A stretch of 63,007 nucleotides of DNA, filler included, from Octopus bimaculoides (Eukaryota), in the NCBI RefSeq assembly GCF_001194135.2. It is 4 parts of 4 records of this genome, joined end to end, with 100 filler letters (N's around TTAATTAATTAA, not from the genome) between each part and the next. Parts side by side here need not be neighbours in the genome. Positions count along the whole stretch, not along the records: positions 25,561 to 49,795 come from NC_068986.1; positions 49,896 to 63,007 come from NC_068996.1; 2 more parts are not named here. One strand, 5' to 3'. A program made the translations under genes and the position numbers. Shown piece after piece: positions 36,950 to 50,255 of the stretch; the stretch's first letter is position 1; each line of letters begins with the position of its first letter. The notes under the pieces are model-generated. The model saw only the letters and a program-made list of their open reading frames with translations. It searched no databases and had not been told where the DNA came from.

Positions 36950-38303
36950 ATGTATGTGTGTGTATCGGTGGTGATTTACCCAATAATCACTTATTCTATA
37001 TTAAAATCCGACTACATTTCTGTCCTTGTATATTTTCTTCAGAAGAGAAACGATTTACTTACATAATTTCATAATGACGTATTTACACCAAATCTTATTT
37101 TATCTCAACGACCGTTATATGCATTATTATCATTATTCTTTTTTTCTCTGTTCTTATTAACTTTTTATTTGTTAGTATTATAAGGTGCCACTATGACAAA
37201 AAATTGATTTAAAAAAAACGATGCTATACAGTACTATTTTTGTTTTCAAAGTAAAGCTATAACTTGAAATTTATTATTCGTTGTAGAAATTTTAATGGCT
37301 AGTCAACTGATTATATCATTACACGAGACAATGTAAAACTAAAACAAAGAAATATTTTTAATGATACATGTGGCCTCACGAAGCTTAGTATTATTATATG
37401 AAAGCTGTTGCTCAAACATAACTTTGAAATAAATTTCCTGTCAGAATTGTTTGATAATAAATAGATGCTGGTGAACTTAAATACTCGGTACGGTTTCGTT
37501 TCACGTAAGGCAGCAACGTTTGGGCACCAGTGGCCAGACAAGCAGCGTTCTGACCACGTTATGACCTTCAGTGGCGGTACTGTAAAATAAGCGTGGCTCT
37601 GTGGTAAGCAGCTTGCTTCCCAGCCACATGATTCTGGGTTCAGTCCCGCTACACTGGTGTTGGTGTGTTTACATTCCCATAATTTTGCGGCTCGGCAAAA
37701 GAAAACCGATACAATAACTAACACGCTTAACAATAAATAAATAAAATAAAGTACTAACATCGATTCATTCGACTAAAAATTCTCCATGACCGCNNNNNNN
37801 NNNNNNNNNNNNNNNNNNNNNNNNNNNNNNNNNNNNNNNNNNNNNNNNNNNNNNNNNNNNNNNNNNNNNNNNNNNNNNNNNNNNNNNNNNNNNNNNNNNN
37901 NNNNNNNNNNNNNNNNNNNNNNNNNNNNNNNNNNNNNNNNNNNNNNNNNNNNNNNNNNNNNNNNNNNNNNNNNNNNNNNNNNNNNNNNNNNNNNNNNNNN
38001 NNNNNNNNNNNNNNNNNNNNNNAAAAAAAAAAAAAAAACTTTGCTTCACAACTTGTGGCTCCACGATCGATTTTTCTTTCTGGGAAGCAACTTGATCACA
38101 TATCTTCTGCTATTACCCCGGATCGACAAAAGTTTTTTGTATGAAATTTGGTAAACGTAAATTATGCGGAAGCCTGCCAAACAAATATAGCGTCAGATGC
38201 CCCCCCCCCACTTCAAATAGATCTATTGAACGAAAATGCCGTGCTAAAAATGACACGTACGGTGTAAATGCCGGATTAAATGATATATGTACCTTGTTAA
38301 ATG

Positions 38304-39137
38304 CGAGGTGTATTCCAGAAGATTTTCGATTCTTTTGAGAGAGCATTTATAACTGTCGTAGATTATTGTAATTTTAGTATAGCTAATGAGCTGACCTGCC
38401 AACTTTTGTTATTCCAGATGAAAAGAGACGGCTGTAACAGCCAAACACTGCTTGTCACAGTTTACAGAATGCAGACGGGACTTGAAAACAATTTGGAAGC
38501 TCACTATGCAATAAAGTTTTGAGCTAGACTGTGCAAAAACGTTACAGAAACTTATAAAATGCTCCAGACTGCTTATAGATTAACTTGTATGAGACGAGCA
38601 TCTGTTTTTCGCTGGCCCAAGAAACCAAGCAAAGCAAGTCCACCGGGAAGCTCATGGTGATCCCCTTTTTCAACAGCAATGGCATCATCACAGTCCACTG
38701 GGTTCTCTCTGGTCAGACGGCCAATGAAGAGTACTTCATGGAGGTTTTGAGGGAGTTCAGGGATAGATTTCGTCGCAAAAGGCCAGAGCACCTGCACCAG
38801 GGCAGTCGATCAGTTCGCAGTTCGATCTTGGTAACCAACTACTTGACAGAGATGGGCATCAAAACTGTCCCTCACAATTCCTACTGCCACACCTTGCTCT
38901 CTGTGACTTTTGGTTGTTCCCGAAGATGAAGGAAAAGATGAAGAAGGCTGTGACAAGAGTCTTGGACACCTTCACTTTGGAGGACTTCCATGGGGTCTTC
39001 ACGAAGTGGCTGGAGCGCAACAACAAGTGCATTGAAGTGAGAAGATCTTACTTTAAAGCAAATTATAGTTTTGTACTTCTTTGAAATTCAGAAAAGTCTC
39101 TCCTGTAAGAGTCTCAATACTTCTGGAATGCACCTTG
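38304..39137 (+). mobile_element. Decayed mariner (DD34D-type) element
   Basis: TIR pair TGCGAGGTGTATTCCAGAAG (38302) / CTTCTGGAATGCACCTTGTA (39120-39139). Remnants include AHYAIKF, KSTGKLMVIPFFNSNGII..WVLSGQTANEEYFMEVLREFRDRFRRKRP and NYLTEMGIKTVPH. Confidence 0.8.
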
Positions 39138-39728
39138 TATTTATTGATTTATATAAATTCAAGATAAACTTGATTTCGGTTTGAGTTTGACATTGAACCA
39201 TTGTCTGTGTGATGAAGTGGATAAGAAGAAATGGAGTGACTGGAGCAAATTTTCACGTCTCATGATATCAACTTAGTTTGAGAACTTTTATAGTTTTCCT
39301 GTCTCACGTGCTACGCAGGTAGCAGAAAATATTTCCATAAATTGACAGCTACCTCATACTATGAATTTCTCCCAATCCCTGCCCGACATTCATCCGAATG
39401 AAAGCATCTCTGATCATGAGCAGGAGTAGTGGGGGAGTGTCATAGCCATGAGTTGAGAGAGATTCTTTGGGGTTTGAATAAATGTAAGAAAAGCATACAT
39501 TCTAGGGTAAGCAAATAGAGAATAACACTTGCTACCCAAGGACAAAAATCGTGTTACGCAGTGTTATACACGAACTAACAACAGCCTATTCCTTAGGATC
39601 TGTACGATGAGAGAGAAAGACTGAGTGACTTCCAGTCAGAACTCAGGACTGTGTGCGATACAAATCTAATCCATAAGCTTAATTTAATGTCTTGGTTATT
39701 GATTCGCAAATGTAATAGTCCAATTTTT

Positions 39729-39784
<56 letters not shown>

Positions 39785-40324
39785 TCTCTCTCACTCTGTG
39801 TGAGCTTGTGCGTGCGCGAGTGTTTGTGTGCGTACGTGTGTGTATGTCTGTACGTATGTGTGTATGTGTGTGTGTGTATCAATGCAGGATGGGTCGAAAC
39901 GATCGTTGTGAGCAATAAAGTTTCTCGTATATTTCATTTTCCTCTCTATCTCAACAGATATAACACCCAGGAATTCTCGAGGTAGATATAGCGAAACTTG
40001 TGTAAATACCGTGGTTGATGTCAGGTAGTCATAAGTAGTGAATGTGTTTCATCGGATTACTTCTAGTAACATACCCAACACTTAGATATTTACTTACATA
40101 TACCCTAAGAAACACGAGTATAATACACACATGAATTTAAAGCAACTTTAAAAAAAAGAGGACTCAATGCATGTTTGTAGAATACCATTTATTTTTATGC
40201 AAAACTGAAAATCATATATTCACATTACAAATTGCCGTGGTTTGTCAGGTAGTATGAGATAAGTTGTGCGGTTTCACTACACCTATAAATTTATTATTAA
40301 AAATATCGGTCATAAATCAGTAAT

Positions 40325-40830
40325 CCATCCATCCATCCATCCATCCATTTATCCATCCATTTTCGTCGCTCACTCTCCCTGGAAGAATTGTGGGAGTAGT
40401 CTTCAGGAATTTCTTCCATAGAAACAATCGTCATTTAACTTCCTTGACGAGTGCTTCTCAAGCGTGGCGAAATGAGACTATAGATGTTATCCAGCATTCT
40501 CACTCGTGTTCTACCCCTAGATCACCTGCCGGTTGGCTCGGCTTGCAGAATCTATCTTCCAGTCCTTTCTTGCAGTATTCTAATCCCATGTTCATAGTAC
40601 CGGAGCTGTGTTTTCTCAATACGGAGAAATGGCGGCTCACCTGGAGAGACTTCTTGATCTCCGAGCTACGTACTCTGTCGAGTAACATTACTCCAGAAAT
40701 CCTTTGGAAGAATCCCATTTCGGCCGCTTGTATTCGCGATCGTATTCTTTCGATCCTTACCCAACGTCCATGGCCATAATTGAGGATAGACACGAAAATC
40801 GATTTGAAGATAGCAAGTTTGGCTTTTTTT
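40325..40830 (-). mobile_element. RTE LINE 3' fragment with a (TGGA)n tail
   Basis: SILNYGHGRWVRIERIRSRIQAAEMGFFQRISG..LLDRVRSSEI. Confidence 0.85.
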
Positions 40831-42489
40831 TTATCAACTTCTATTCCTCTGAGGATCTAGCTTGAATAATAGTTCGGTAGTTAAATTGTTTAAGCGCTGG
40901 TTGTCATGGTCGGTTTCTGTATTAGTTATGACATATAGTCATTGAATTGATGCATAGATGTGTATGGAACTTTATACAGGCTATAATAATTAATGTGGAA
41001 TTCTTATTTTGTTTTAAATATTTTAATGTGGTTTTGTGAAAACAAGGCGTTATAAGGGAAAAATTAATTTTTATATTCAATTATTCAAAAAAGCCAGAGG
41101 AGTTATTTTTACGAGTAGGTCATTTGAATGCTATTATTATATTTAAGACGTCAAATAGTTTTTAAAAAGAAGAAAAAAAAGCAAACGTCATGGATATTTC
41201 GGGATACAATTGGTGAGATGTCATTATTCTATTAAAAATAATATTTTTGTATATGCAGACATGAAGAAATTCAATGTTTTAGTATGGTGTTCTAAAATTA
41301 AAAGTTTCTTGAGAAGAAATAACTGCAAAATGAATTAGATTGCGTAAAAGGTATTACTTTTTTTAAAAGATGCCATTACTATTACATTACTATCTCTCAA
41401 AAAGCAGATACGTGTAGCTAATCTAGTGTCGAATCGTCTTTGCAATGTTCCAAAGGCCTAAGAATGCTGATAATATCTAATCTTAAATTGATTTTCTGTT
41501 AATCCGATATAATCTGCACTGTTTTGATTAATGTTAGATATGACAGCGGTTGCATAGATAACGGATTTTTCTAAACAATTAGCATTGAATAGTAATACGT
41601 TTTGTGAATGGCAATCGCATATTTAGGTGTTAGTGCTATTTGGGTTATGGGAATTTAAACTATTCACTAATTATTATTAATGGATGGTAGAATGTTAACC
41701 AAGTTCATTAGTGTTAGGTAGAGTATTTAAAGTGAATTCAGTCTCAATATATTCTTCTATATTTATGTCTACGGAAGAGAAACTTTACAAAATGGAGAGG
41801 AAAATTTGAGTATAGACATTAATTGGTTTTGATGGATTATACCATGTGACCTTCTTTTAAGGTTTCTCTAACTAGGTTAATATGTAATATCCAAATGTAA
41901 ATTACATACACGCACACGGACAAACTTCAACACTGAAAACTGATTATTAATCATATATATTGTCACACATACATGGATGTCTGTGTGTATGTGTGTATAT
42001 ACATATATATACCCGTACGTATGCATGTATGTCTGTCTGTCTGTCTGTATGTATATTTGTATTATATAACTGTGCGTGTGTCTGTGCATGTGTATATATG
42101 TGTGGCAATATGTATAATTATCAATTTTAACATGAAAATGTTTGTTCTTATCAACAGTTCTTACGTTATGTAAATCCCAAGTTGGAACATTTAATCTTCT
42201 TTAAAATAACACTTTTTAAAAAAATTCTAAAATAGTGAAAACTATTTTCATTCACAAAAGCTCATTTTTATCAACATAACTGCTGGGCTTTGCTTTCTTT
42301 ATCAATTAATATCATATCGAAAAGCTTACTGATAACTACACATGTAACAATAACAAGCGTGTTTAGATATTCAGCTCCTGACAACGACATCTTCTTTACA
42401 ATGTTTGTATGGAGATGTTGAAGAAGCTTTAAAGTTGTATCTATGTTGGTAAAAATAAAAGACCACCCCTTAGTTCCAGTTTTAAAAAC

Positions 42490-42625
42490 ATAATAATCCC
42501 TCCATATAGAGTTAATATGTTCCCGGAGACCGCTCGTAAAGCGAAAACCCGTAAAGCAGAGTAATAATTTCCCATGGTAGCAATGTTATAAATCGTAATC
42601 CGTAATGTTACCGTCATACAAACGG
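42490..42625 (+). mobile_element. Tigger/pogo-like MITE fragment
   Basis: CGTAAAGCGAAAACCCGTAAAGC...TTTCCCATGG..AATG resembles Tigger-type subterminal sequence; the partner TIR was not seen. Confidence 0.3.
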
Positions 42626-42849
42626 TGTTCTTTGTTTTTAGTCTCCTGTGAAAACGTACCCGGTGTTGGAGAATTTAATCTTGCTTGCAAACAGTTGAGG
42701 GTTAGCGAGAGGAAGGGCAACCGCCTGTACAATAATCCGCCTCAACAAATTCCGTGCGACCCATGCGAGCATGGAAAAGTGAACGTTAAACGATGACCAT
42801 GATGATGATGATGATGATGATGAGGATGATGATGGTGATGATTATACAC

Positions 42850-43045
42850 GCACTGACCGTTGACTGAACACTATTCAATTTTTTTTCTCCGTGTTTTTCT
42901 CCTTGTCTCCGTATTTTTTCTGTTGAAGAGCGTAGTTCGAAACGTCAAAGACTTTCCGTATTCCCGAGCGTCATACTAATATATCCTTTTGTTATTTACA
43001 CCACCTGTCCTCGTCTGTTGTTATTATTTGTATATTCTCCCATAT
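42850..43045 (+). mobile_element. Penelope-like terminal repeat fragment with a degenerate minimal hammerhead motif
   Basis: TTTT-CTGTTGA-A-GAGC-GTA-GTTC-GAAA-CG-TC-AAAG at 42916-42950. Its 3' end (GTATATTCTCCCATAT) recurs at about 29250-29280. Confidence 0.4.
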
Positions 43046-43493
43046 NNNNNNNNNNNNNNNNNNNNNNNNNNNNNNNNNNNNNNNNNNNNNNNNNNNNNNN
43101 NNNNNNNNNNNNNNNNNNNNNNNNNNNNNNNNNNNNNNNNNNNNNNNNNNNNNNNNNNNNNNNNNNNNNNNNNNNNNNNNNNNNNNNNNNNNNNNNNNNN
43201 NNNNNNNNNNNNNNNNNNNNNNNNNNNNNNNNNNNNNNNNNNNNNNNNNNNNNNNNNNNNNNNNNNNNNNNNNNNNNNNNNNNNNNNNNNNNNNNNNNNN
43301 NNNNNNNNNNNNNNNNNNNNNNNNNNNNNNNNNNNNNNNNNNNNNNNNNNNNNNNNNNNNNNNNNNNNNNNNNNNNNNNNNNNNNNNNNNNNNNNNNNNN
43401 NNNNNNNNNNNNNNNNNNNNNNNNNNNNNNNNNNNNNNNNNNNNNNNNNNNNNNNNNNNNNNNNNNNNNNNNNNNNNNNNNNNNNNNNNNNNN

Positions 43494-43670
43494 TGACAAC
43501 TGATGCTGGTGTGTTTACGTCCCTGTAACTTAGCGGTTCGGCAAAAAAGCCCGATAGAATAAGTACTAGGCTTACAAAGAATAAGTCCCGGGGTCGATTT
43601 ACTCGACTAAAGGCGGTGATCCAGCATGGCCGCAGTCAAATGACTGAAACAAGTAAAAGAGTAAAAGAGT
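43494..43670 (+). mobile_element. SINE family C, 3' half
   Basis: GGTGTGTTTACGTCCC.GTAACTTAGCGGTTCGGC...GACTGAAACAAGTAAAAGAGTAAAAGA. Confidence 0.85.
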
Positions 43671-43675
43671 ATGAG

Positions 43676-43719
<44 letters not shown>

Positions 43720-43848
43720 CCTATGTGTGTATATAAATATGTATGTGTATACACACAAATACATACATGCATATGTACATATATACATACATAATTACTC
43801 ACACACACACGCACACGAACACACACACACATGCGCACGCGCACACAA

Positions 43849-43891
<43 letters not shown>

Positions 43892-44234
43892 TATAGAGGT
43901 TGAAATATAGCAGAAATTGTAGCCGTGTCATGAAAATATTAGTCATTTACGGACTTCTACATTGTATTTCATACATCAAATTACCATTTTTATAATAATT
44001 TGCTGTTTATATTCAATAAATATTGTTTATAAATGTACACTTTTGGGACACTTCTTACTGTTCCTATGCATTGTATGCGTCCGTCCGCCCGTCCAACCAT
44101 CCAACCATCCATCCATCCATCTGTCCATACATACATATATAGACGTACACACATATGTATTTATACACATACATATGCGTACATATACAGCTATTGTCTC
44201 TCTCTCTCTCTCTGTTTCACTCTGTACATACAAC

Positions 44235-44272
<38 letters not shown>

Positions 44273-45083
44273 NNNNNNNNNNNNNNNNNNNNNNNNNNNN
44301 NNNNNNNNNNNNNNNNNNNNNNNNNNNNNNNNNNNNNNNNNNNNNNNNNNNNNNNNNNNNNNNNNNNNNNNNNNNNNNNNNNNNNNNNNNNNNNNNNNNN
44401 NNNNNNNNNNNNNNNNNNNNNNNNNNNNNNNNNNNNNNNNNNNNNNNNNNNNNNNNNNNNNNNNNNNNNNNNNNNNNNNNNNNNNNNNNNNNNNNNNNNN
44501 NNNNNNNNNNNNNNNNNNNNNNNNNNNNNNNNNNNNNNNNNNNNNNNNNNNNNNNNNNNNNNNNNNNNNNNNNNNNNNNNNNNNNNNNNNNNNNNNNNNN
44601 NNNNNNNNNNNNNNNNNNNNNNNNNNNNNNNNNNNNNNNNNNNNNNNNNNNNNNNNNNNNNNNNNNNNNNNNNNNNNNNNNNNNNNNNNNNNNNNNNNNN
44701 NNNNNNNNNNNNNNNNNNNNNNNNNNNNNNNNNNNNNNNNNNNNNNNNNNNNNNNNNNNNNNNNNNNNNNNNNNNNNNNNNNNNNNNNNNNNNNNNNNNN
44801 NNNNNNNNNNNNNNNNNNNNNNNNNNNNNNNNNNNNNNNNNNNNNNNNNNNNNNNNNNNNNNNNNNNNNNNNNNNNNNNNNNNNNNNNNNNNNNNNNNNN
44901 NNNNNNNNNNNNNNNNNNNNNNNNNNNNNNNNNNNNNNNNNNNNNNNNNNNNNNNNNNNNNNNNNNNNNNNNNNNNNNNNNNNNNNNNNNNNNNNNNNNN
45001 NNNNNNNNNNNNNNNNNNNNNNNNNNNNNNNNNNNNNNNNNNNNNNNNNNNNNNNNNNNNNNNNNNNNNNNNNNNNNNNNNNN

Positions 45084-45126
<43 letters not shown>

Positions 45127-45537
45127 GTATACACAAACACACAGAGATATGTATGTATAAAGATGGGTAAGCAGGTATGTAGGGACGTATGCAGTCCATT
45201 ATAAAACTACAGACCTCCAATCAATCAGACGTTTAATCAAACTGTCAGCAGTGAATTTCGCATTAGCCATTCTCTGTCACCGCGCTCTCTTTCTCTACCC
45301 GCCTCCCTCACGCCGCCTTCTCTCAGTCAGTCAATCAGTCACTCAGTCTGTTTGCTTGCCTGTCTGTCTGTTTGTCTGTCTGTCTTTATGACTTTCTTGC
45401 CCTCTCTCATACACACCAAACTCGTATGCAGATAGATAAGATGTACGGCACTGACAGTAGCTATAGTCGATAGCAATGTTTGTGACGATGTCGGCGTCGA
45501 TAGGACTCATTGCAAAATTCCGTGGTAGTCGAGAAAG

Positions 45538-45568
<31 letters not shown>

Positions 45569-45904
45569 AAGAGATCATCGCCATTATGCACTTGATGGTC
45601 ATTGTATATTTGTGATGAGTGTCAGGTTAAATGAATTGCTGTGGCCACTAAATATAATCACATAACTATTCGTAGGAAGGATCAAAACCCTAGCTACAAT
45701 GTCAAGTTGACCGAGAGCATTAAGGTTTCCGCCTCTTATTTCACATGTTGGTCTTAAGACTACTTTTGGAGCTTGTTAAATTTCTGCCAACTTTTTGAAG
45801 TATTTCAAATTTTCGCCAGATTATTTTGGAAGAAACATAGTTTTGATGTAGTTTTGCATACCGATGACGAAAATTGCATTCATTTTATTTTCTAGAAATT
45901 GATA

Positions 45905-46096
45905 GGCGCAGGAGTGGCTGTGTGTTAAGCAGCTTGCTTACCAACCACATGGTTCAGAGTTCAGTCCCACTGCGTGGCACCTTGGGCAAGGGTCTTCTAC
46001 TATAGCCTCGGGCCGACTAAATCCTTGTGGGTGGATTTGGTACACGGAAACTGACAGAAACCTGTCGTATATATATATATATATATATATATATAT
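45905..46096 (+). mobile_element. SINE family C, 5' half
   Basis: GGCGCAGGAGTGGCTGTGTG..AAG.AGCTTGCT..GGTTCAGAGTTCAGTCCCACTGCGTGGCACCTTGGGCAAG. Further head fragments at about 8017-8110, 20802-20945 (-), 29310-29460 (-) and 37592-37670. Confidence 0.85.
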
Positions 46097-46462
46097 NNNN
46101 NNNNNNNNNNNNNNNNNNNNNNNNNNNNNNNNNNNNNNNNNNNNNNNNNNNNNNNNNNNNNNNNNNNNNNNNNNNNNNNNNNNNNNNNNNNNNNNNNNNN
46201 NNNNNNNNNNNNNNNNNNNNNNNNNNNNNNNNNNNNNNNNNNNNNNNNNNNNNNNNNNNNNNNNNNNNNNNNNNNNNNNNNNNNNNNNNNNNNNNNNNNN
46301 NNNNNNNNNNNNNNNNNNNNNNNNNNNNNNNNNNNNNNNNNNNNNNNNNNNNNNNNNNNNNNNNNNNNNNNNNNNNNNNNNNNNNNNNNNNNNNNNNNNN
46401 NNNNNNNNNNNNNNNNNNNNNNNNNNNNNNNNNNNNNNNNNNNNNNNNNNNNNNNNNNNNNN

Positions 46463-46920
46463 CACTAACGTAAAAGCGGTGTAATTGTATGGGGCTGAGG
46501 CATGGCGAACAACAGTTAAGTCAAATAAGCAAATACAATCATTCATCAACAGATGCTTGCGTAGTATACTTAAAATCAGATGGCCCGAACACATAAGCAA
46601 TATGGAGTTATGGTAAAGAACAAATTAAATTTCGATTAGTGGGCAAATATTTAAGAAAAAGTGAAAGTCGATTGGTAGCACAATTAGAAAAGACACACCA
46701 AATGTAGCGAAAAGTGCTTTACAATGGAATCCGGATGGATATAGAAAGAGGGGTAGGCCTAAGAACTCGTGGCGTAGATCAGCACAAAAGGAACTAGAGA
46801 AAGGGGGACATTCATGGCAGAGTATAAGTACAGAAGCGAAAAATTATGCGACATGGAATTCAATTATAAGTGGCCTATACTCCGCGTTGGAGGGTTAAAG
46901 TCAAGAAAGAAGAAAGAAAG
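46463..46920 (+). mobile_element. RTE LINE 3' fragment, third family
   Basis: LYGAEAWRTT..QSFINRCLRSILKIRWPEHISN..ALQWNPDGYRKRGRPKNSWRRS; AAGA-type tail. Confidence 0.85.
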
Positions 46921-47566
46921 GGTCGATAAAACAGCGTACCAGTCATATGCTGTGTCGATGGCATCGCCTAACACCGTCAACCTTAAAATTGTTGGCAGCC
47001 TTGTGCGGAAATCAGAAACCATGGTGATAATATACTCTGAAATATTCCTTGTTTAAATAAATGAATGAATGAAGGTTCTGCTCGTTATGGGCTGACTTGG
47101 GGCTAAACCGTAACACCGAGAACAACAACATGAAGAACAGTAGCAAGAACACAAAAGCACATTTAACCGTCAACGGGTGAAGGATGCGTGGTTGCTCGTT
47201 ATGGGCTGACCTGGGGCTAAATAAGAACACCGAGGAGAGCAAGAACAGTAACAAGAATACAAAAGCACATTTAACCCTCAGCCAGTGAAGGGTACGTGTT
47301 GTAAGGTCATGAGTTCGATTCCAGGCAGCACGTTTTGTCCTTGAGAAAGACACTTCATTGCACCTTGCTCAAGACCACTCAGCTGACAAAAAGAGTGCTC
47401 AGCTAATAGACTGCTCAGCTAATTTGTCGAGAAGGCTGTTCCGTTCATCGGATCAACTGAAACCGACGGAGTACCAGTTAGTTAACCGTCGGCCGAGATT
47501 ATTCCATCGTATGGATCGCTTTTAAGATTATAAAGAAACGCGCGCACACACATACATACACACACT

Positions 47567-47605
<39 letters not shown>

Positions 47606-48518
47606 ATACACTCACACAAACACATACGGGTGCGTTCACGAAATCGCTCGAATTTCCACTTCTCACTTCCTTTTACACACCTACGGATGCGCANNNNNNN
47701 NNNNNNNNNNNNNNNNNNNNNNNNNNNNNNNNNNNNNNNNNNNNNNNNNNNNNNNNNNNNNNNNNNNNNNNNNNNNNNNNNNNNNNNNNNNNNNNNNNNN
47801 NNNNNNNNNNNNNNNNNNNNNNNNNNNNNNNNNNNNNNNNNNNNNNNNNNNNNNNNNNNNNNNNNNNNNNNNNNNNNNNNNNNNNNNNNNNNNNNNNNNN
47901 NNNNNNNNNNNNNNNNNNNNNNNNNNNNNNNNNNNNNNNNNNNNNNNNNNNNNNNNNNNNNNNNNNNNNNNNNNNNNNNNNNNNNNNNNNNNNNNNNNNN
48001 NNNNNNNNNNNNNNNNNNNNNNNNNNNNNNNNNNNNNNNNNNNNNNNNNNNNNNNNNNNNNNNNNNNNNNNNNNNNNNNNNNNNNNNNNNNNNNNNNNNN
48101 NNNNNNNNNNNNNNNNNNNNNNNNNNNNNNNNNNNNNNNNNNNNNNNNNNNNNNNNNNNNNNNNNNNNNNNNNNNNNNNNNNNNNNNNNNNNNNNNNNNN
48201 NNNNNNNNNNNNNNNNNNNNNNNNNNNNNNNNNNNNNNNNNNNNNNNNNNNNNNNNNNNNNNNNNNNNNNNNNNNNNNNNNNNNNNNNNNNNNNNNNNNN
48301 NNNNNNNNNNNNNNNNNNNNNNNNNNNNNNNNNNNNNNNNNNNNNNNNNNNNNNNNNNNNNNNNNNNNNNNNNNNNNNNNNNNNNNNNNNNNNNNNNNNN
48401 NNNNNNNNNNNNNNNNNNNNNNNNNNNNNNNNNNNNNNNNNNNNNNNNNNNNNNNNNNNNNNNNNNNNNNNNNNNNNNNNNNNNNNNNNNNNNNNNNNNN
48501 NNNNNNNNNNNNNNNNNG

Positions 48519-49030
48519 GCAAATTTGAGCTCAGCGGAATTCTGAGTTCAAATTCTACCGCGGTCGTTTTTGCCTTTCACCCTTTTTTGTGGGGGGCGGG
48601 GGGGGGGCGATAAAATAAGTACCAGTTAGAAGGTGGTGAGGTGGCAGAATCGTTAGCACGCCGGGCAAAACGCTTAGCAGCATTTAGTCTGTCCTTACGT
48701 TCTGAGTTCAAATTCCTCCGTGGTCGACTTTACATTTCATCCTTTCGGCGTCGATAAATTAAGTACCAGTGAAACACTGGGGTCGATGTAATCGACTAGC
48801 CCCCTCCCCTCCAAATTTAAGTCCTTTCGCCTATAGTAGAAAGGATTATTATTACTACCTCGTATATTCGTCTATCTTTACGTTCTGAGTTCAAATTCCG
48901 CCGAGGTCGACTTTGCCGTTTATCCTTCCGGGGTCGATAAAATAAGTGCCAGTTGCATACTGGGGATCTATCTAATCGACTGGCCACCGCCCGAAAATTT
49001 CAGGCCTTGTGCCTAGAGTAGAAAAGATTA
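48519..49030 (+). mobile_element. Three tandem SINE family B copies
   Basis: The core recurs at about 48540, 48700 and 48880; CpGs are intact. Confidence 0.85.
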
Positions 49031-49159
49031 TTACTTCGTATATATATATACCTACATGATTGAAGCCGACTCGTGACCGATTCCGACTCTCAATTCATTC
49101 TACACATATACATACATAAACGTCCTTACATACATACATACAAACATACATAAACATCC

Positions 49160-49190
<31 letters not shown>

Positions 49191-49707
49191 CATACATACA
49201 TACATACATACATAAACATCCTTGAATTGTTATTCGTAAGCACCATGTCAAACTGACACTTTAGGTTATGTTTGATAATTGAGTAACTCCGAAGTTATTT
49301 ACTGTTTGTTTTTTGGTTCTTAACATGTATATTTGCTTGTATTATTCCTGATGGAATGGTTCTTTACATCCTTTGTGCATTCTTAAATCTTAACAGCATA
49401 ATTAAAAGTTGACTGGCCTGCAAAGTTCGTTTTAGGTTTTTTTTATTCTTCAATTTTTGTCGATCAGCTTTAAATTTGATATCTATCTGTATACACACAC
49501 AAACATATATATTCGCACATAAATACATACATACATACAAACATATATAAATACGCATATATATTTATATATATTGATATACATGTATACAAACATGTGC
49601 GTTATTGCACGAATGTGTATATACAAATATATGCTTGAAAATACAGACACAAACTCACGAAGGCACCACACAAACACATGTACACATATACATATACATA
49701 CTACATG

Positions 49708-49795
<88 letters not shown>

Positions 49796-49895
49796 NNNNN
49801 NNNNNNNNNNNNNNNNNNNNNNNNNNNNNNNNNNNNNNNTTAATTAATTAANNNNNNNNNNNNNNNNNNNNNNNNNNNNNNNNNNNNNNNNNNNN

Positions 49896-50255
49896 GTATG
49901 TATTGGTATGTATTGGTGTGTATTGGTGTGTATTGGTATGTATTGGTATGTATTGGTATGTATTGGTATGTATTGGTATGTATTGGTATGTATCGGTATG
50001 TATTGGTATGTATTGGTATGTATTGGCATGTATCGGTATGTATTGGTATGTATTGGTATGTATTGGTATGTATTGGTATGTATTGGTATGTATTGGTATG
50101 TATTAGTATGTATTGGTATGTATTGGTATGTATTGGTATGTATTAGTATGTATTGGTATGTATTAGTATGTATCGGTATGTATTGGTATGTATTGGTATG
50201 TATTGGTATGTATTAGTATGTATTGGTATGTATTGGTGTGTATTGGTGTGTATTG
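49896..50255. repeat. 10-bp satellite (TATTGGTATG)n
   Basis: About 36 near-identical units directly after an assembly join. Confidence 0.95.
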
